Source of the DNA: Bacillus chungangensis
GTDB taxonomy: Bacteria; Bacillota; Bacilli; Bacillales; Bacillaceae_C
Length of the DNA: 40,000 nucleotides
Direction: 5' to 3'
NCBI RefSeq assembly: GCF_030812995.1
Contig: NZ_JAUSTT010000001.1
Span: 182,396 to 222,395 of the forward strand
The number at the start of each line of letters is the position of its first letter. The first letter of the stretch is position 1. Below the pieces are notes generated by a model. It worked only from the letters and a program-made list of their open reading frames with translations. It did no database searches and was not told the origin of the DNA. Shown here piece by piece: positions 34,845-40,000 of this stretch. The position numbers and the translations under genes are program-made.

Positions 34845-35735
34845 TTACGCCATTTCGTAAGGCAATTCGTTTAATTCGAGCAAGTCCGTTGGAAGACGAT
34901 CTGGACGCCTAACTGGACTGATCGTGTGCTTACAACATGGATGAAAAATTTCATTCCGTGGCAGGTCTTCGAAAGCAGGAAAATTTCCCGGAGCTTCTGG
35001 CGTCAACTTAATTAACTTACCCTCGTATGCTCGGCAGTCATCTTTAGCGTTATGTCGGCTGATAACGCCATATATAACGTCGCGCCCGATCGCTTCGTTT
35101 ATTGTCGATTCTAGATGTGCTTCCATCATTTTTGTACGTCCTAGCATTTCCGTATAGTGACTTAGTCGCCATCGTCGGCCGGCCGCATCGATAATAGCCG
35201 TATCTACTTCGTCGCCAAGTCGTTTCTTCAACTCGCGGGCAATGTCCTTATTAAGTGATTTTATATCGTTTATACCTTGCGTTGCCTTAGTGCGCATGAC
35301 AAGCGCAGACGTTCGGCGGATAGCTGTTTTTGTACGCCTTTCTACGTTTTCAGTAACCGCTAATAAATCAGACTGCGTGTCAGCCACGATCGCCTCGATC
35401 ATCGCCTTATTTAGCTTATTAAAGGTGGCAATTTTTTTAGCTTCCTCGAAAGTGACGGCCAATCCCATCGAATATAACGTAGATGCAACGCCATCTCTCG
35501 CTGATTTTGTGATCGCCTCGCTAGCCCATTTACCAGCGTTTGCGCCGAGTTTCTTTAAGATTTCGATGATTTCCGCTTCAACCGCAAGAATTTGTGCGCG
35601 TTTAAAATCCGTAAGAAAAAGCGAATTTAGCTCTTTTCGGATTGCTTTAAGTGCCTGCTCGTACTGCCGAACTAGTCGTTGAGCATCGTAATCGTAATTT
35701 GGTCGAGGAGATTCACGAAATTCACGCTTCGTCAT
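34845..35735 (-). CDS. Head morphogenesis protein, SPP1 gp7 / Mu F-like
   Basis: 296 aa. C-terminal motif NAKDDCRAYEGKLIKL...FHPCCKHTISPV is typical of the family. Overlaps the portal stop. Confidence 0.85.
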   Translation of the reverse strand: MTKREFRESPRPNYDYDAQRLVRQYEQALKAIRKELNSLFLTDFKRAQILAVEAEIIEILKKLGANAGKWASEAITKSARDGVASTLYSMGLAVTFEEAKKIATFNKLNKAMIEAIVADTQSDLLAVTENVERRTKTAIRRTSALVMRTKATQGINDIKSLNKDIARELKKRLGDEVDTAIIDAAGRRWRLSHYTEMLGRTKMMEAHLESTINEAIGRDVIYGVISRHNAKDDCRAYEGKLIKLTPEAPGNFPAFEDLPRNEIFHPCCKHTISPVRRPDRLPTDLLELNELPYEMA

Positions 35736-37254
35736 CTTCGATTACCTCAACCTTTTCGTTGAAAACCGTAGAATTTACGGTACCAGTTTCGCGATCCTCG
35801 TCCTCGTTGATTCGACGAATTATTTCTGTTGCTTTTTTATCTCCAACGTCATCGAGTGATTTTATAGCCGTGTGGACATCGAGCGTAGGCTTGCCACCAG
35901 TCCTTATGCTTGCGATTTCAGCTTCTTCTTTTTCGTTTTTCGGAAGGCCATCTTGCCATCGAATAGTAGGGTACACCGCTTCTCCTTCATACGTGCCGAA
36001 TTTCTGATCGAATAGATAGCAGGTATACAGGGCGTCACGTATTGCACGCTCGTACTGCGCCCGAATACGTTTTACCTTCGACAAAATCGGCATAAAGCGT
36101 GCTTTTGTAGTGCTGCTATCCGTATGCGACGTACCGGTACCGCCTTTTTGATCGCCTGCCATTACCGTACCGAAAAGCCATTGCGGAGTTTCTGCGATTA
36201 TAAAGATAGACGATATTAATATGTCAAGTTCACGAAAGGCAGACTCTAGTTGCGCCTCCCACGTCATGTAGCCGGGCGTTGCGTCTTCTTTCGTAATCGG
36301 TATATATTTACCGCCGAAACGAACTGCGCCTTCCGAGTTGCCAGTTAAGTCCGGTCCATACGCTGTTGGGTCAGCGTGTTTCCACAAGATGTAGTCGATT
36401 TGCACCAGCCGATCGTTGATGGCTGTAAACGTGGACTCCATCTTTTCTAACCCTCCGATGCCTTCCCATCGATCATCGATCGACTTGTATGGAATATGGA
36501 AAACGGGCATATAAGAAAGCCCCGTTTCGACTATATCGGTAGCCCTGCCGGTCGGCACTTCCTTTTCAATATAAAATGTCTGAATCGGTGCGCCCCAGTA
36601 CGTATCCACAGACGTGGAAATTAGCCGAAAACGTTTATATTGAATATAGCCCGGTATGTGCCTTTCGACGTTAAGGTACGGTATTTCGTTCTTTTTTGTC
36701 TCGACCCATTCGACCGTTGCAATGTTTATCGCTTTAAACTTTTTGATATTTCCGTTCGAAGTCTCCGGAAAAACACAAGTAGCGTCAACGTGCTCAACGA
36801 TTGGCTCCATTTCGATGCCGTCCGGCAACGGTAGTCCAGCCGACAGAACTTCCGAATAATCCTCCTGATAGTCCCAACGAACCTTTATCCAAGCGTCAGC
36901 GCGATACCCATTTGCGATTGCAGATTCATATATTAGATGATTCAGGTCGTTTTCTTCAATGTACTTATTTAGCGCAATCTGTTCGGGAGAATCGTCGTCC
37001 TCGCCGCTCTCAAATGTCGGAGGGTCGCCTATAAGTAAGTCTGCCGGCTTTGTCGCTATAATGTCAGCCAAGTTTACAGCGATATAGAGTTTCTCGATTT
37101 GTGCAGCCGCTGGCGTCCCTTTCAATACTTCCGTTGCTCGCTCATATATTTCCGCTTGCTTGCCGTCGAATAGCTTACGCATTCGTTCGTAGCGCGCCAA
37201 ACGTTCTAGGTCTTCTTGTGGCGGAAACTGTGCGCCCTTAACGAATAGAGTCAT
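35722..37254 (-). CDS. Portal protein
   Basis: 510 aa with an acidic C-terminus. Position is between the packaging genes and the gp7-like gene. ATGA overlap with the upstream stop. Confidence 0.88.
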   Translation of the reverse strand: MTLFVKGAQFPPQEDLERLARYERMRKLFDGKQAEIYERATEVLKGTPAAAQIEKLYIAVNLADIIATKPADLLIGDPPTFESGEDDDSPEQIALNKYIEENDLNHLIYESAIANGYRADAWIKVRWDYQEDYSEVLSAGLPLPDGIEMEPIVEHVDATCVFPETSNGNIKKFKAINIATVEWVETKKNEIPYLNVERHIPGYIQYKRFRLISTSVDTYWGAPIQTFYIEKEVPTGRATDIVETGLSYMPVFHIPYKSIDDRWEGIGGLEKMESTFTAINDRLVQIDYILWKHADPTAYGPDLTGNSEGAVRFGGKYIPITKEDATPGYMTWEAQLESAFRELDILISSIFIIAETPQWLFGTVMAGDQKGGTGTSHTDSSTTKARFMPILSKVKRIRAQYERAIRDALYTCYLFDQKFGTYEGEAVYPTIRWQDGLPKNEKEEAEIASIRTGGKPTLDVHTAIKSLDDVGDKKATEIIRRINEDEDRETGTVNSTVFNEKVEVIEDDEA

Positions 37255-37685
37255 TCGGCATCGTCCTCCAACAACGCATCTATGTCCTTCAAACCTTTTT
37301 CTAGATTATTTGTAGAGCGCTTTTCGTCACTACTGTCAGACTGCGTAATTTGTCTTTCGGTGAGTAGTCCGAAACGACGCAGGAATAAGTCGATAGCCCT
37401 TACGGAAGGCTGATTGCTGTTTATTAATTTCATCAATTGGCCGTATACTTGGTCCCTTTTGTCCGATAAGAAATCGTCTGCTATCTCGTTCTTATATTCG
37501 ATAAAATTACGATTCTTCGTACGCCACTCCCACATTGTCTTGTGGTGTACACCGACTTCCGCAGCAATTTCTTTCATAGTTCGCCGTTCTTCTGTGCCAA
37601 GCATTTCGTTTTCAACTAGCAAATACGCTGCCGTTCGTTGCCTTGCGTCTAATTTTGCACCAAGTTCTCTTTTTCGATCGCTCAT
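37251..37685 (-). CDS. HTH protein of the terminase small-subunit type (phBC6A51/XtmA-like)
   Basis: The track ORF extends to 37709. The realistic start is ATG 37685 (MSDRKRELG) with GGAGG 7 nt upstream. HTH segment RRTMKEIAAEVGVHHKTMWEWRTKN. Unusually located downstream of terL. Confidence 0.65.
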   Translation of the reverse strand: MSDRKRELGAKLDARQRTAAYLLVENEMLGTEERRTMKEIAAEVGVHHKTMWEWRTKNRNFIEYKNEIADDFLSDKRDQVYGQLMKLINSNQPSVRAIDLFLRRFGLLTERQITQSDSSDEKRSTNNLEKGLKDIDALLEDDAE

Positions 37686-37699
37686 ATCATCGCCTCCTT

Positions 37700-39463
37700 T
37701 TATAACCAATCCGGCTTTGTTGTGACAACCGCCCTCGGCCTTTGCACCGAAGTAACCGCCATATTTAAGGCGTCAGGACCATCATCGTGCCACTTAGCTC
37801 CATATCGCTCGAACTGCTCAAGTAACCTTTCGTGTTCATGAGAAAAAACGATGGTCCCGCTTTCTATGTCCGGTAACATCGCTTCTATACGAAGTTCTTT
37901 TCGTTGTCGTTGTTGGATTTTTTTAACTCGACTGTGCGCTGGATATCCGATGTACTGTAATGACTCTTTTAGTTTATCGACGAAAAATTCCTGAGCCATT
38001 TGCGCTTCCGCTCCGATTACGTCCGGCTGATATTTCCGCACGCGCTTGACGATTACATCGAGAAACTTGTCAGGATGTACTCGTTCAATATAGGCGTCGA
38101 TGACGTAAATCTTTTTTGTTATCTTATGTTTTGCTACCGTCACGAGCGCTGAATAGTCACCTTTTTGTTTCCCCATAGCAAAGTCCATGCCCATCGCAAT
38201 ATAATAATCTTTGTGGGAGAATTCATTTGTTCCGTCGTGGTATTGAAAACGTTCCGGCTTAAATAGCTGCGAATCCTCGTCGATAGGATTATTCATAAAT
38301 TCGGTATTGAAAGCCTTAGTACCACCGTTAATCTTTTCGAGTATTAGGCTAGATAGAGGGAACCTTTCCGGCCATAGTACCTTTGCGCCCCTGTCCATTT
38401 CTTCTCGATGTTTCTCATAAAAACCTAGCGCTGCCCGTGCGCTTGGCGTTGGCGTTTCTTCTGTTGCTTCTTCCATTTCCGCCATCTCTTCATCCGACGG
38501 CTCATACTCTTTGTAAATTCGCTCAAATTCCGACCACAAGTCCATCCGTTCAGGCCATTCGATAATGGCCGGAAATTGATTCGTAATAAAATCCCGACGC
38601 TCTTTAAGTACATAATTTAACAAAGAATCGTGGTGTACTAACGTTCCCATGAATATGACGGCAGTCTGCGTCGGGTCGTAAGCTGGCATTAAATCTTGAT
38701 TAAGCCAATCTTTTGCTTTTTGTCGCAGTTCTGGCGTGTTATTAGAGTCGCGAGATTCTAAGTCATCGAGGATGATTAGATCAGGTCGTTGATTTCCGTT
38801 ACGGAACCCTCGGATTTGCATTCCGAGTGACGTAGCTTCCATTTTAATCCCGGTTGTCGTTAGAAACGCTTCTTCGGAATCCTTTGTATTTCTCGTCTTT
38901 TGTTCGTGTAATAAGACTCCGAAATCTTCGCGTAACTTTAGATTATATTTAAGCTGGTCGCTAACCCATTTGATAAACTTTTTAGACCCTGCGTTTGTTT
39001 CCGAGATTATAAGAATCATTTTTCGTTTTCGATAGACGATTTCATGCGTAGGAAAAGCGTTCGATAGGTAAGCTGACTTTGCGTGCCCTCGGCTGGCTGC
39101 CCACGCAATACGCGCTGTACGATTTCGATTAGATACCGAATCGAGAATACGTGACAATTTGACGTGAAAGTCAGGCGCATTGTCTATATCAACGTTGATA
39201 TCAGGAACTAAATTGTCGGGATTGCCAGGATTACGAGCTTCCGAAAAATATTCATAGAAAAAGTACAACATGTCGACTTCAGCCCGATGTATTCGTTTTA
39301 ATCGAACTAATTCTTCTTTGTCGCGAAAGAACATGTCGACATAATAGTCGTTTGCACGGCCGGCTTTAATTGCCTCCGCTAACTTACGTACTCTCTGAAC
39401 GAGAATGTCGATTCTTTTTTGCCGCGCGGCTCGGTCTAACCACTCACCGTTTACATACGCCAA
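37700..39463 (-). CDS. terL: Terminase large subunit
   Basis: 587 aa. TTG start preceded by AAAGGAGGG at 7 nt. ATPase region WAASRGHAKSAY...ILIISE. Nuclease region GMDFAMGKQKGDYSALVTVAK...IYVIDAY. Confidence 0.88.
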   Translation of the reverse strand: MAYVNGEWLDRAARQKRIDILVQRVRKLAEAIKAGRANDYYVDMFFRDKEELVRLKRIHRAEVDMLYFFYEYFSEARNPGNPDNLVPDINVDIDNAPDFHVKLSRILDSVSNRNRTARIAWAASRGHAKSAYLSNAFPTHEIVYRKRKMILIISETNAGSKKFIKWVSDQLKYNLKLREDFGVLLHEQKTRNTKDSEEAFLTTTGIKMEATSLGMQIRGFRNGNQRPDLIILDDLESRDSNNTPELRQKAKDWLNQDLMPAYDPTQTAVIFMGTLVHHDSLLNYVLKERRDFITNQFPAIIEWPERMDLWSEFERIYKEYEPSDEEMAEMEEATEETPTPSARAALGFYEKHREEMDRGAKVLWPERFPLSSLILEKINGGTKAFNTEFMNNPIDEDSQLFKPERFQYHDGTNEFSHKDYYIAMGMDFAMGKQKGDYSALVTVAKHKITKKIYVIDAYIERVHPDKFLDVIVKRVRKYQPDVIGAEAQMAQEFFVDKLKESLQYIGYPAHSRVKKIQQRQRKELRIEAMLPDIESGTIVFSHEHERLLEQFERYGAKWHDDGPDALNMAVTSVQRPRAVVTTKPDWL

Positions 39464-40000
39464 TCAAACGCCCTCCTTTCGCTTAAAATTCCCGTGAAAA
39501 TATCGTATTGGTTTACATCGAATACAAATACCTTACTTAGCGCTTAAAACAGCTCTTAGGCTTCGTTAGTAAGGCGTTAGCTAGGTGAAATACTTTCGAA
39601 ATACATACGTCATGCACCCCGAGTTAGAAAAATTGTGCGCTAATTTCGAACAGCAGTCGTGGGGTCTAGCGCCGTGCCCTTGGGGGTTTGGTCGTTAATG
39701 ACGCTGCTCAACGGTTTTTTATTCGTAATTCAAACGTATTTATTCATCGTTTTAATTTCTTTTATTCATTTCGTTGAATTTCGTATGCAATTTTAGTTTA
39801 CATAATCACAGTTTCAGGAAGTTGATCGTTGTCATAAACGTTGTTGTTATGCGCTTTATAAAACGTTTGAAATTATCGATTATGCACGTTTTTATACATC
39901 GTTGATATGGCGCTGTTTGTGTGGCGCGTGCTGCGCGTAAAACTAACGCTGATTGCATAAGGTACGACCATCGAAATAGTTAGGGCTATGCATAAGTTAT

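Larger units (their letters stand above)
15016..40000 (-). mobile_element. Prophage (PBSX/Xkd-like contractile-tail type), late/structural half; continues beyond window end
   Basis: Contiguous minus-strand packaging, head, tail, baseplate and lysis genes. Abrupt visible shift to CG-rich composition at the tRNA fragment. No integrase or lysogeny module in the window, so these are presumably beyond 40000. Confidence 0.9.

Overview
The window joins a low-GC Bacillaceae-type chromosomal segment (1 to about 15010) to the late half of a visibly more CG-rich prophage (about 15016 to 40000, continuing past the window end). The host part has the conserved minus-strand block lonA (3' end cut by the window start), lonB, clpX, tig and a ysoA-like TPR gene. 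This is followed by an accessory stretch with: a 180-aa protein lacking Lys, Cys and His; mntH; and a membrane protein / YozG-like HTH / small membrane protein operon behind a 35-bp perfect palindrome. Four same-orientation copies of a hairpin-rich, C-tract-rich repeat of about 130-280 bp lie in this 10 kb. Two near-identical copies bracket the 180-aa gene, and two degenerate copies sit just upstream of lonA and ysoA. A tRNA 3'-end fragment with its own terminator hairpin at 15016-15050 marks the prophage junction. The prophage is a PBSX/XkdK-M-type contractile-tail element on the minus strand, running from terL, an HTH terS-like gene and portal through the capsid, tail and baseplate genes to the lysis genes. 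It includes a clear AAAAAAC -1 frameshift site in the tail chaperone and a final BhlA-like/holin/three-domain endolysin lysis module. The best novelty candidate is the plus-strand cassette between the att junction and the endolysin (15265-17180). It has four small genes and a strong promoter carrying a perfect 2 x 15-bp tandem operator-like repeat. Its last gene fuses an AcrIIA1/Aca-like HTH to a helical domain that, from memory of family consensus, resembles the Cas8c C-terminal/Cas11c small subunit. An orphan promoter-plus-terminator unit follows (candidate sRNA). I interpret this as a candidate anti-CRISPR/anti-defence operon, but that is inference and needs structure or profile searches.
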